Assembly (NCBI GenBank): GCA_001938485.1
Contig: MQRK01238190.1
Coordinates: forward strand, 1 to 50,108
Source: Girardia tigrina
Lineage: Eukaryota
Reading direction: 5' to 3'
Length of the DNA: 50,108 bases
Position numbers and translations under genes: made by a program. Positions 25,244-38,621 of this stretch are shown here, piece after piece. Within the stretch, counting starts at the first letter, position 1. Each line of letters starts with the position of its first letter. The notes beneath the pieces were generated by a model. That model was not told the DNA's origin, ran no database searches, and saw nothing but the letters and a program-made list of their open reading frames with translations.

Positions 25244-26160
25244 TGTGAGCGTTGTTGAGTTTATAAAATTTTTGAATTTACAATCTTATTAAATTAATAA
25301 TTAAAAAATTACATTACGTAAATATTGTTATAGATATGTTAAAATAAAATTTTCAGAAATTTAATGTAAAAATAATTTATGTAAGAAATAAAATAAATTT
25401 TACGGTAGGTTTATTAAAAGATTTATGCAGATTTATTATAAAGTAACAAAGTTAATTTCAATTTTGATGAAAATATTTAATTGATATAAAATCAAAAGTA
25501 ATATAAAGTTTAATATTTTATTCGCGAAATGAAAACAAACTAATTTATTTTTGGTAAGTTTTATTTTACGCGATTAAATCGAAGTAAAATGAAAGATGTA
25601 ATTATAATTTTCTTTTTAGAAATTTTAATTGGAATCAAAATATAATTGTAAAACAAATAAATCGACTTAAATTATTTTAATTTTATTTTGGAAAACGTAA
25701 TTTTTAATGGAAATATATTTTTTTATGTAAAAAAGGGGTAATATAAAAGTTGTTAAATTAAACGAAATTGCGATTTAAAATTTTATTTTCAAAACATTAT
25801 TTTACTAAATCCAAAGTAATTTTTAAAATTATTATGAAAACGAAATGAAAAATGCTATTGTATAGAATTGGGAAATTTAATTGAGAAACAGGTAAATTTA
25901 AATGTACAATAAACTTGAAATTTAATTAAGAGCAACAAAATCTTTGTGACAAAAATTTTAATAAATTAACTTTGTAATTTTTTGAATTTTAATTCGTAAA
26001 AAAATACAATAACCATATTTATATTTATAACAATTCTTATTTATAAAATTGTGTAAAAAGAAAGTGCAAAAGTTCCTGGAAAATATTTGTTTAAAAAACT
26101 TAAATTGTGGTAAAAATAAAGTTTTGTGTTAATGAGAACTTCTTTTGATCAAGAACCCAA
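25244..26160 (+). repeat. 3' LTR (~917 bp)
   Basis: Begins TGT just after the PPT and ends aagaacccaa, as the 5' LTR does. Confidence 0.85.
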
Positions 26161-29100
26161 AAAGAACTATAAATAATCTAAAAGAACGATAACCGTTAAT
26201 GAAAAATCAAAATGAACGTCTTTCTCCTATACATGATACATAGTTCTTAGATTTATTTTGGAAAATAATAAAGAAAAGATTTATGTGAACAACAATAAAT
26301 TTTAAATCACTCCAAGCTAAACGCTTTGATACAGTTACTTCTTTAACTTAAACATCTGCAAGTTTTTTGTGTGAATAAAATAAATCTCAAAATATTTTCA
26401 AATATTCTACAAATTTTATAAAATAACTATTATGTGAATCGAAAATTATTGATTTTTACCAGAGAATTATTTTCAATTTTTTCTACAATAGTTTTTAGTT
26501 AAAATTTTAATTTATATTTTTCGGAACGAAAATATACAAGTGATTCATAACTTATACATTTTAATTTTATTCTTTTATCAGAAAAGAACTATAAAAATAT
26601 ATTACATAGCTTTAGGAAAATGAAGAGAAATTATACAATAAGTTACAAATTTATTAATTTGAGTAAATATAATTTTAGTATACATGTGTGGCTAAATATC
26701 ATGTCTCATTCACATGTCAATTAGTATTTTAGAATGAGCATATAATATCAATTTCAATCATTTAACCTTCCTTGCAGAATATTGTATAAGAAATATAGTT
26801 TACAAAATATTATATTGATATTTGAAAAGTTCCTTTTATAAGAAAAGTATCTTTCAATATCAATTTTAGCTGTTGAAATAGGTAAAAAAGATCTTCCTTC
26901 GGTGATGATAAATGTTTGGTTGAAAAGTGTGAATGCAAAATATATTTTTAATAAGATAAAAAATAATATTTTGTTTAATATATCAAAGTTAAATACAAAG
27001 ATAATTTATCTTACAAAAACAAATGTCGTGAGGGAAATCCTAAATTTTCATCGTTAGCATTTTCTAAAAAGATCTTTGTTTGAAAGTTTCCAATATAATT
27101 AAAGTTAAAAAGGTTTTATATGACCATATGTAAAAAAGTAATGTATATATTTTCTAAATTCGTTTCACAAATCGCATTCCAAAATTATTTCTCATAGACA
27201 TTTTTGATTAACATCTGAAGGTAACCGATCTTATATGGCTTAAGCTTAAACTTGTATTGTTCATTAAATTAAAAAATCATACCAAAGGTCGATGAAATTC
27301 AGTTATCTAAATTAAATTAAATAAGTCTTACTTCAGAAACTTTTTTTTCGTTGATAGTTTAGGAATGGAAAATGAATATACAAAAGGATATCCTACCTAA
27401 AGATCCAACGAAAATGATTTGGTAATTCGTCACGCTTTAGAATCGATTTCGTAAAGTCATGCAAGGAGAAAAATAAAGTTAATGGTAAGTAGCGTTTATT
27501 TCAATGTTAAATAATTTAAATTTTATAATAATAAGACAAGGAAAATGTAAAAAAAGTAAATTAGTGAAATGAAATTTTACTGATGCGAGGGCGAGCGCAG
27601 CGTGGCTGCAGCACCCTGTAGTCATGAGGCGGACATGGGGTAGGAGGGAAAAATTTAATTTTAATTTACTGAAATTTTTCCTATGTTTCCTGATTTAATT
27701 CTTTCATCTCCGACTAGCCGACGTGAATTAATACTTTGTTTTTATTTCGACACAAAATAATCAAAACCGTTATGTAAACATGATTCAATAAAATTGCAGA
27801 AATCCATTTCTCCTTTTGCCAATCGATTAGTGAAAAATACGCAATGAAATTCGTGAAATCCCCGAATGATGGTAAACTATTCAATCCGTCTCCAGATGAA
27901 TATCGAGTCGCGACTGTGCCGTTAGATCGTCCATTGTCTCTAGATCAATCGAGTCTTTGGCGCCTCTCGCGGCATTTCACAACTTATCAATTGATATCCA
28001 TCGATATCACCATCTCTATTTGATTCATTCACCATTTACATCGGATTTTTTTATCGTTTAAAAAACATTATTTCCTCATTCATAAATGATCGGGACATTG
28101 TTTGAGCGATTTTATGTAGATTATCTGAGTCACATGGTGATCGCGTTGCCGAAATTATTTCCGACAATGGAGACGATATCATGATATACATTGAAAATAA
28201 ATATGATAACGAAATCAAGGCCATCATTGCCACAAAAGGCAATAATTTGTGATTAAAGATATTTAATTATTAGCGTGTTTTGAAAGGCCGACATTTAACA
28301 AAAATATTGTTCACCGAATTTACAATTGTTGTACAAGGGTTATTTGAACTATTTATTGAAGAAAATTTGATTTTATATTAGATGATGAAGAAAGTTCCTC
28401 CATCATGTGTTATTTTATGTAACATATATCAAACTTATATTTTTATATGTTAAATAGTGAGTTTTGTTGGTAATCTTTCAATAACACTACTGTAATACAC
28501 AGTATTTACATTTATAAAGAAAAATTATCTGAATATTTTTTATCAGGATAAAAAATGTTTCCCTAAAAATCTTCCTATTTGAAAACAATTTAATATTTAC
28601 GGGACCCTTTATTTCTTAACATCACCAAGTAAAATAATATTTTAAATATTGTAATTGATTTATTTTTCCAAATTATTTATAGTAACAAAGAAACCAAGTG
28701 AATAGTTTTTTGCAAAAATAATGAAAAATATAAACATAATTTAATATAAGTTGTTATTTAATATATTTTGTATATATAATACGTGAACTTACTGAAGATA
28801 AATAAAGTCATTCATACTCTTACCAATGACAAACAGACATTTCCTCTCTGTTTTTACAAAGGATTATCGCTTAATTACCGATTTTATACATGTAATAAAA
28901 TAAAAGAAAAATCTTTTTAATATTTCTTGGTTGAAAAAGTCATTCGAAATACGCAAATAATCCTTCAGTACTTTCACGACTTTTGTTGCGACCCCAAAAA
29001 GATTAAATTTACATTTAATTTCACTAATTTGTTTTGTAATTAATTAGTGAAAAAATATATAAACTTTTTGTTTCAAGAACATGTTTCCCTAGTAGAAAAT

Positions 29101-30016
29101 AAATAATAAATTTAATAATTTTAATAATGAACAAAAAAGTTAATTAATTCTTTAAAAAGGAAAGGTGATTTTAATTAATGTATTTGTAGAAACTGTATTT
29201 AGAAAAATTAATTTGATATAAAATTCATTGAAAAATAAAACATTTTCAAATGCAAATAAAAAGTGTAGGTATAATATTATTATTTAATATTTTATTCTTA
29301 TTTATGAAAAATTTAAAATTATATAAAATAAAACAACTATTAATAACACTTTTAAAATTATATATTGTTTTACTTAAATAACTTTTTATACACTAAAAGG
29401 AAAGCTTAAAAATGTGAAAAGTGTAACAGATTTATTATTGAACATATTGTTTTATGAGGTCGTAAAATAATTTTTTTTAATTTAATTGATTTAACAAATA
29501 CGCTTTAATTTTTGAAGATTACATTAAAAATTATTATTACTTTTAAATTTAAATTTTATCGTATTATTAGATTTTTATTAATTTTAATTCTGTTGGAATA
29601 ATCAGTAACCGCAAATACAATAAATCACCAATTTTCCAACTGGGTGGATGAATCACAATTCCAATTTCAGTACACTCAAATAAAAGCACCACATCCATAG
29701 ACAATTTTAAATATTTCTCGCAGTAACAAAATAAATTAGCAGAATTTAACAACTTTCTAGTAGAAATAACAATAATATTTTTATTATTAAAACAAAGAAC
29801 CTGTAAAAGTAGAGTAAAGAAAAACTCTATGTAAAAGCTTATTTTTTAAAAATGGTTAAGAGTCATTTTCTTTGAAACAAGACGTGATAGAGCAAACCTT
29901 TTCCAGATTTAAAATTAGCAGGAAAAACTTATATAAAAATACTTATTATATGATGGAAAAGAAATTTAACTGTTATATTTTATTAAACACACTTTTCGAA
30001 TACTTTTATACATTTA

Positions 30017-30487
30017 CAGGTAGTCGTCGACTTACGACCTATGCAACTTACGACCATTCGACTTTACGACCACAATCGCTAGCCGCGGCGTACGACAGTG
30101 CATACCAGGTTCCGGTAGCACTAGCATATATGCGTGTACCATTTCAACTGTAATCCCATCTGTCTTAGATATTTTTTATCAAATCCCTCCCAAGATGTCT
30201 ACCAAGAGGAAGTTGTCTTTGCCTACGTCTGTCTTTATCTACACCAGCGGCCAATAAAATGTTTTCTTACATGTCTATATATTTGTATATGTTATGTTTT
30301 GTAATTGGAAAAATGTTTCCAATTGTATTTTTTAAACCTGTATTTTGTAATTTTGTATGTTTTGCAAATATTAAACCAGTTGTACCAGTTGCACAGTACT
30401 GTACAAATAGCCTACTCAACTTACGACCAAATCGTGTTACGACCGGTCTGACGAAACCAATCGTGGTCGTAAGTCGACGACTACCTG
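30017..30487 (+). mobile_element. 471-bp pogo/Tigger-type MITE (internal deletion derivative)
   Basis: Perfect 23-bp TIRs CAGGTAGTCGTCGACTTACGACC with TA TSD. Subterminal ttacgacc repeats. Residual start MSTKRKLSL at 30195. Confidence 0.92.
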
Positions 30488-30847
30488 TAATTAATATTTA
30501 ATTTTGTATACATAAAAGATGTTATATTTTATTAAAACTCCTTTTGAATATTCTAATATCTTTAATTTTGTATAATTTTATATTAAATTTGGTAAAAAGC
30601 TTCTTTAAATGTCCTTAAAATCTTATTTATTCTCAAACTTTGTTCTCAAATTTATTTAATTTACAAAATTTATTATTATAAGTTTTATTTTAACATTTCT
30701 TTTTTTTAATGTTATTAATATTGTAATTTGATTTTTAAACGTTATATCCCATTTAATATCATTTTACAATAACTTATATTTTTTGTTTTATATTTTAATA
30801 TTAATTTATTCCTTATTAAATTAACATTTAATCCTTAGTTCATGATA

Positions 30848-31355
30848 ATACGTCTAGTAATAATTAATGTCGTTTTAAAAAATAAATATTTGAAACAATT
30901 TTTTTAAACAAACAAAAGAATTTAATCACCAATATAGTTGCCGTTGTTATTAATTACTTGTGCTCAACGTTCAGGTAACATTTTAAAACCTATGTTATAA
31001 AATTCTTGTGATTTAGATTTAAAAATTCGGTCAAGGCATTTTTGATGCACTCTTCATTTTTGAATTTTTTTCCACCAAGAAAATTTTGCAATGAACGAAA
31101 CAAATAATAATCGGATGGTGCAATATGCAGGTTGTGGTAGAACTTCCTATCCCAACTGGCCTATTTTATCCGCCGTGAATCTTTCGGCATGCGGTCGTGC
31201 ATTATCAAGATGAAGAAGTACGCCCTTCCGATTAATCAGCGTGGGTTCTTTTTTTCTCAAAGTTTGGTCTTACCTTTCCAATTGTGCACTATACATTCCA
31301 CTTGTAATGGTTTGGTCGCTTGGTAAGAGTTCAAAATGAAGAATACTATTATTTA
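30848..31355 (-). mobile_element. 3' half of a mariner (DD34D) element, truncated by an insertion
   Basis: ILHFELLPSDQTIT...LLHLDNARPH...QPAY..IAPSDYYLFRSLQNFL...NNGNYIGD*. TIR-like end at about 30848-30875. The 5' half was not found. Confidence 0.9.
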
Positions 31356-32480
31356 TAATTATTAATTGGTTTAGTGGATCGACTTGAGTCGTCCCAGTTT
31401 TAGTAATAACCGATATAAATATCGGTCGATGGGTCGAATGTTCCGCTTGTGGGGCGGCCGCGGCACTCTCGATCAGTGCAGACCAGATTCCAGAAGCGGC
31501 GATTTTCTTCGGCTCGATTGACAACGATGACGATCGCTCGGTCTCTTCGAACAAATATGGATTCAATAGAAACTGTTCATTGCACAATATTGATTCTTTA
31601 TCGATCGTCTTCGACAACTTCACGCAGACTTTCGATGGCAATAATTGCGATTTCATCGCACAATTGGAATTCACGATCTCTTTATTCGAGCAAGGAACAG
31701 CAGACTAAGAAATCGAAGATTTGTATGAATACTCGCACGCGTTTGTCGATCGGATTTCTTCGCGCAAATTCGACGAATTTGAGCGATTTCGATACAGACT
31801 CTTCGTTGGACAATTTTAGTTTTCAACCTTTGATTATTTGGCACGCTTATTGCTTGATTTTTGTGAAGAAACGATCGATGACGAGTGGAAACGGTAAATA
31901 AAGAGTTTTTCGGATTTTTGTTTTTGAAAAAGATCGATGGCATTCTGATGGAGCTGGTTGATTTGCTGAGATTAATGAATGATTTTCGCGGCTTGGAATT
32001 GTTATTTGTGATGACCATTTTGGAAATTTATTTAATTTTACATGACCTATAAAACGAATGAATTGTCATGTTCCCTCCTTCTGAAGACACCTTAGTTATC
32101 TCTGAGCTCCCATCCGCTTTCCCGAGTTAAAAGGTAACTCACACTTATCTTATACCTCTCCTTATCCAATCAATTCGACAAACACGGGAACTGACGCGTC
32201 TCCTTCGCTCACATCCACACATTCTGTGTACGTCGGAGCGCCTTCGGATCCATAACCAGTATCGAGGATGGCCCGACTGGTAACTCAGTTTCCGAGGGGA
32301 TGATATCACAATTTTCGACCGTTGCGAATTATTATTTTAGCACGCACGGAATGAAGGGAGCCTCTAGAAAACATGCGACGGTTGAACCACGTGCCCCTAT
32401 GCTTTCTGTGGTTGACTGGCATCGTCTCAAAATAGTTCTTCGCCCCAAACGTAGATTTCTTTAAGGTTCATAACGGAATC
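31356..32480. mobile_element. CpG-rich non-coding insertion, probably LTR-retroelement-derived
   Basis: Abruptly replaces the mariner frame and has much higher GC/CpG than the flanks. PPT-like ccgaggggga|TG at ~32293-32302. No recognisable protein in its ORFs; right boundary uncertain. Confidence 0.4.
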
Positions 32481-34492
32481 TCATTTATTTTATCATATTT
32501 ATTTTATTTCATTTATTTTGTTTAGATATCTAACTGTGCTCGTTTACTGGATGAATTCGCAAATTGTGAGCTAATAACCAGCCTTTTCTATTACTCCAAT
32601 TCTAATTTCTACGGTTTTGAATTTATGTATTTGATTTTATTTTTAAGTTTATTCGAGAAACTTCACTCAATTTTTTATGAACAATTCTAAATGGTTAATA
32701 ATAGGAGATTCGATAGATAAAATATCGATTAATTTACATTTATTATATTCGATTAAATGGACCAATATTATTATTTAACTTAACTAAAAGATCAACTGTT
32801 AAATGATAAAGAGCGGAAGAAATGTATTTACGCAAGAGGACTAAATCATTGAAAATAATAAAACAATTCCAACTAATTAATCTTGATGAACCGATCGTCA
32901 TTCGAAGACAAGACGGTAGTTGCATATTCACTTTATATTAATTTTTCCTTATCAACTTTCGCATTATTTATTTTAACTTTACAGCTGCAACTCTTTCTCT
33001 ATAAAGTAGTTCGATTCTGCTTCTGAACTCATATATAGATACGAATAAGGCTTTCAGTGTGCAAATAATAGAACAATAAAAAATTGTGATTTACAAAATT
33101 TACGAAATCTCAACGTCAACAATTTAGAAACAATTTTATTAACTTCGTAATGACAATACAATATTAGTTTTTTTTTCTTTACAAGATGAATATTCAATTT
33201 GGTATTTTTCCTTTAAAACCTTTCGCAAATGAGCAATTATTCTATCTACGAATAATGTCTACTAAATGTATGCATTGCAGATGTAATAATTATAATTGTC
33301 ATGTTATTTACAAAGAATTCTGCACATTTTCGCTGTGTGATTATTCAGAATCCAAGAGATATTGGAACATTCGATTCATGGATTGTTATGAAAGTTTGAG
33401 TTTATTACAACGAGTAATTATAATCCAAAAGTGATTGTTTAGTTATTATTTTTCTCTAATAATTTAATTCAATGATTTGATTTAACAGTTTAATGATTCA
33501 ATAATAATAACATTAATGATTCAAATACTATTTGTAGTGCCCTACTTATTATTGTTTGTTGCGTCAGTGGCATTTATCACGCCTGAGATCAAAATGTCAG
33601 ATAATGTCCTTTCAGGCATATTGACTAATAATTATGGAATTTAACAATACCTTATAAAATAAATGAATTTGCTGGGGTAGACATTAGAAAAGTTCAAAAC
33701 GTTAAAACTTTAATCAGATGGTAGAAATGTTCGGCATTTTCAAGAGTATTCAATGAAATTTCGAAATGATATGAAATCAAGATGTTTATTATAAATACTA
33801 AAAAAATCAATAAATTAATTAAAGTGATTGACAATAATAAATTTCCGAACTATGTATGATATATTGTGTTATCCAAAATTAAAAGTTTGAGTAGTTTATT
33901 TTTGTTTTGTCTTTTCGATTATTATTTTTTTATTTGTTAATTATTATTTTTTACCGTTCATAGAGGCTAGTTTAATCCATCTCTGTGATATATTTTTGGA
34001 TTAAGCTAGCTTAAATTTTGTTGATATATTTTTATATTAAAATTAGTGGATTTGCCAAATCGACAAGTCCGTTAATTTTACACTATTCATACAATTTATA
34101 TTTATTTACTTATTTCATTAGCTAAATTATCGAACTTAAAATTAAACTAAAAGATTAATCAAGAAATTATATTAAAATAAAATCTGCTCACAAAATTAAG
34201 TCAAATGGGGAAACTGTATGATAGGGGTTGGCTATACAAATTATTTACACAGTTTTGTCCGGGCTATACACCGGGGCCCACTCCGACACTCGATTCGTAA
34301 CTGCATTGAGGTTGGAGCTCCTTGTCAGGTAACTGCAGTTCGTCGCAGGGATTTCCGGCGCTCGACTGGGACGGCTCAATTAATTCCATAAAAAGTGCGA
34401 TACTTAATTTCCCCCCAAAATGAACAATCTCAAAATAGTCCGGGCCTCTCATAGTTACACCAAATATGTATATCTTATCTGTAATTTAAATA

Positions 34493-36059
34493 TACTGGTA
34501 GACACATTAATTCTCGATTTTTATTTTTATATCGTAATCTTTAATGTTAATTTAAACTAAAGAATACTAATACTTTAGTACTAATACTAATATATTTAAT
34601 ACTAATACTATTACTTAGTGTAACCTTAAAGAATAAGTATTGTTTTACATTTAAAATGTAAAAACTCATCAAACATTTTTATAATTGAGAAACCAATCCA
34701 TTTATTTAAAAATGAATACTTTTGACAAGGACAAGTTATTTCTCGAAAACAATAATAATAACAATAAAAGATCATTTATTATATAAATTTCCTTGTTTAA
34801 AAAGAACGGTACATAGACGTTTTCTGATACTTTTATATAAGTCTAAGATAGTATTCATTTTATTTGTTTGTACATATTTTAGAGCATCCAATACCGCTTC
34901 CTCCAATTCGTTCTTATTCTTAAATGAATTTCTATCGTAGACCAGGTCTGATATTAATTTCCAGACGTCTTCTACGATGTTTATATCGGGAGATTTAGAT
35001 CGCCACTCCAACACGTTCACATATTGTTCTTTCATAAATTGTTTAACTATCCTGGCTTTATGTACACTGCAGTTATCTTCTTGAAAGTAAAACGTTTCTC
35101 CATAATTTAATTTCATACATGGTACAAGTTTATCTTGAAGCATAGCAATATAATCACCTGATTTAAACTTCCTTCTAATTATTCTGCAGGCCAACAGACC
35201 ATTTGGAAAAGTCATTATCCACACCATAATACCGCCGCCTTTGCATTGCCTTCTCTCTCGAATTGAAATTTCACCCGGCATTACATATGAACTCCAATTA
35301 TCTGGTCNNNNNNNNNNNNNNNNNNNNNNNNNNNNNNNNNNNNNNNNNNNNNNNNNNNNNNNNNNNNNNNNNNNNNNNNNNNNNNNNNNNNNNNNNNNNN
35401 NNNNNNNNNNNNNNNNNNNNNNNNNNNNNNNNNNNNNNNNNNNNNNNNNNNNNNNNTACACGAGTCAAATGTCGCTGTACTGTCTTAGTGGAAACAGTTA
35501 GTTGACACTCTTCTTTTATTTTTGGGCTAGAAACCTTTTCACCAGCACTTTTGAAACGTGCAATGGCTCTTTTTATGTACAAATGATCTTTCTTCGTAAT
35601 TTTACGTTTTGTTCCTGGTTTTTTACGATGTATAACCGTTTGATAATGACATAAATTCCTCCCAGCATCATAACTTATTCCTAGCACTAGACTTATCTCT
35701 TTGAATGTGAACCCATCCGATTTGAGAGCCCTTGCTCTTTCCCTTTCTATTTTGGATTTCATGTCGCTAAAAAAACATCTGAGATTACTTAATATTAANN
35801 NNNNNNNNNNNNNNNNNNNNNNNNNNNNNAATAGTATATGTTTTAATAAAAAATCGAAAAATAATTTGTCCTTTAAAATATTTGAAATTATGAAATATTT
35901 AACTTCAGTAAAACAATAATGATTAATATAATGTTTTTATAGCACTTTTATATAGATTAAATTCAAAGTATATTAACAACTAATAGGCAACTGAATATAT
36001 TACGTAAATTAAAAAATACGTATAAAAATAAAAATCGAGAATTAATGTGTCCACCAGTA
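34493..36059 (-). mobile_element. Tc1/Tc3-like DD34E DNA transposon, full length
   Basis: TIRs of ~39 bp (TACTGGTRGACACATTAATTCTCGATTTTTATTTTTATA) with TA TSD at 34491-92 and 36060-61. Confidence 0.95.
34772..35762 (-). CDS. Tc1-family transposase, possibly intact (N gap hides the first D and frame continuity)
   Basis: N-terminal HTH region (MKSKIERERARALKSDGFTFKEISLVLG...VSTKTVQRHL), then PDNW, GGGIMVW, FQEDNCSVH and SPDINIVEDVW. I count 34 residues from D to E. No stops in the visible parts. Confidence 0.8.
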
Positions 36060-36301
36060 TAGTTATAAAACAAAGAAGTAATGAAACAATTGTTAAGCGA
36101 TAAATAAAATATATTAAACCAACATTTAATGGCACGAATAGGAACGGCAAACCAGATAATATGTTAAATTATTGACACTTATAAAATAATAAACGTAAGT
36201 AATAAATGGGTATTATATTAAATAAATCAGAATAAAACGACCAAAATGACGATTATACCTCCTGCTAGACTTTCTTTTTCCCAAATAACAATTAGAGTCG
36301 T

Positions 36302-37800
36302 TGATAATTTATCGCCCAATTGAAAGTTGTAAGTTAACCTCTCGATGTCGAAATGAAAATTCGTTTCTGGTTTACGCAAAGAATAAAATGATAATAAATT
36401 GTGTAACTGGTGTGTGTATTGTGTACAACAACCTCGGGTATTTATACCCTCCGGATGTACACATTTGTCTGAGACACAGGATGCAAGATTAAATGATTAC
36501 ATCACGTATCCGCTCCTATTTTCTCGTCAGGCGCAGACTGGTAATTATCATCCATCATTGGGAAAAGGAAAGGATTATTGCATTAACAGTCATGAATTAA
36601 CCGGCGACTGTAATTGTTCACAACATATGGCTCCTACTCGTCTGTGACAACCGTCATTACCGCATTAACCATATGGTTTGCCATCGGCCGTAATATGCAG
36701 GATGCCGTGGTTTATGAATTCCGGCAGGATGGAAGGGGGTGAGGGATCACTACCATTCGTTATTTGACGTTATCTAATCATAATTGTTTATTAGGTTTCG
36801 TCTGTCAGGGAATCGCACTGGTTGATTCATCATGAGTTAGGGTATTTCCAATTAATTTTTCTTAATTAACTTTAACTTCGTTTTAATTTTTTGCTCTTTT
36901 CAAGGACCTTTTAAAGGGTTTAGCCTATGTTTTCCAGCTCTTCTCGAGGCTGTGGATACTCTATTACCTGTGACCTTGGTCTGGCTCCCTTTTTCGGCCT
37001 CTTTTACCTTCAGGTGAGCTTTTATGGTCTTCTCGGGGATTTTGATTTTAATTAATTCAGTTTTTCCTAGCTCATGGCCAATCTCGACATTTATCGTAAT
37101 GGACGCGTAGGGTAATGGGCCTCCCAGTCTCGTCTGCCGTTCCACATGCTCCGGGGCTTATTTACACTCAACGGCTATAGTCGAGCTAGACTATAGCCCA
37201 CTCTGTCTTCTTTCAAAGGCTCCTGGCGTGTGAAATGGTATCGTTATTGGGAAAGTCCGGTATCTCTATTGTAACAGAATGGCTATAGCGACATTTATTG
37301 ATCGAACATTGAACCCGATGCAGTATCAGTGGTATTAGTGTTTCAAAAAAATAACGTAAATGAAGGATGTACAGAATATTTTAACCAGATCGCGATGTAT
37401 GATGTATATGTGCCCTTCGACGGTACTGTGGAGACGGAGTGATTCCAAGGGTGGTTCTCGACTTTCGGCTAAGCATTACAACTGATGTGGGGATATTTCA
37501 GTGTCCCTTTACTGATTGTACGAAATGTGTTTATACAGCCATAGCTCTACAGAATCACGGTACAAGGAACCATGACTAGTCCTTTCTGACTTGGAAACCG
37601 AAGCGTGCCCGTTCACTGAAAGTTCGCATTCTTGCATCTAAAGCCATTTGAGAAAGTCAGTAGGATCTGTATTGACTATTTATTGTTTCTATTCGATACA
37701 GAGTCTATGGATCACTACCATGTACACAAATGCTGGTACTGTAGTCTCTACAATACTCAGTTATTCGTCCAATCGGGGGGGGGGGCTGATATTTATAATA
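36302..37800 (+). mobile_element. TRIM-like non-autonomous LTR element (short LTR, non-coding interior)
   Basis: Putative LTR TGATAATTTAT...tgtgtaac (36302-36407) followed by TGGTG. A G-run PPT at 37775-37785 is followed by TGATATTTAT. An LTR-like copy lies at 38746-38828. Confidence 0.5.
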
Positions 37801-38621
37801 TGACAAAATATATAAAATGTAAAAAAATTGAAATTATATTTTATAATATTTTAAATAATTTTAATTTAAAAATCAAAACAATAAAAATAAAAAGTTAATT
37901 AAAAGAAAATAAGTTTGCTTTATTTGAAGACAAATGAGAACACAAAAAAAGAACCCATAAATATTTAATGAGGTTTACCGAAATGTTTGGCTATAACTGG
38001 CGTACTAAAAGAGCATAAATTAAAAACAAATTCTATTTGAAAATTATTTATTAAATATTTAAAAAAAATATTTCCATGTGAGTTTTTAAATTGATAAAAT
38101 TGGAAACAGGAATTTTCGTGAAGAACTGAAACAAAAACTCATCGAAAACCGACAAAAATTGATAGATGTCACTCAAAACTTCACTGAAATTTAAAAAAAA
38201 CTTAATTGAATTAATTTAAATTTTTACAAATATTCATTTTGGATTAATCAACACTTTTTGTGATAAAATAAAAGGCAAATAAAAAATATTTTTTAGTATT
38301 CAGATGATAAAAGTTTAAACATGTTTCCCAGGAATAATCGAGTCCATGGATAGGGGTATCTGAAATTTTGATAAATTTCCTCTTAAAAAATATAATAAAT
38401 TACGGGAATATGGAATATTGTTTTAATATTAACTAAAAAGAGAATGTGTTTGTCAAACGAGAAAGAAAATAAAACTCTTAAAAAAGTTAAAATATTCTTA
38501 AAAATGCGTTTTAAATCTTTCAACTAGGCGGAAAATGGATTCTTTGGATCCTGGCACAAAATCTTGTTACAGTTGATCCTGGATAAATAGATTTTGGATA
38601 GTGTTGAATTACTAAAGGTAC

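Larger units (their letters stand above)
20542..26160 (+). mobile_element. Decayed Ty3/gypsy LTR retrotransposon
   Basis: LTR-shared sequence at 20542-20864 and 25854-26160. PBS TGGCGACC at 20867. Gag with CCHC knuckles at ~21500-21665. RT (LCLDFRQLN, STVDLGNAY, MPLG, YLND), then RNase H, then integrase, i.e. RT-RH-IN order. PPT GGAGGGGGGA at 25231-25240 before TGT at 25244. Confidence 0.95.

Noticed and set aside
26210-26350. Possible Tc1/mariner-superfamily remnant (LDLFW...KEKIYVN)
   Set aside because: Too short and degenerate to support a feature.
27845-28250. Coding-like stretch (MKFVKSPNDGKLFNP...; similar unassigned stretches at 33186-33434 and 43400-43850)
   Set aside because: Interrupted by stops and without recognisable motifs; cannot be assigned without a search.
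30017-30487. Repeated ttacgacc units as a CRISPR-like or iteron array
   Set aside because: Irregularly spaced 8-mers inside a TIR/TA-bounded MITE; they are subterminal repeats. The context is eukaryotic with no cas genes.
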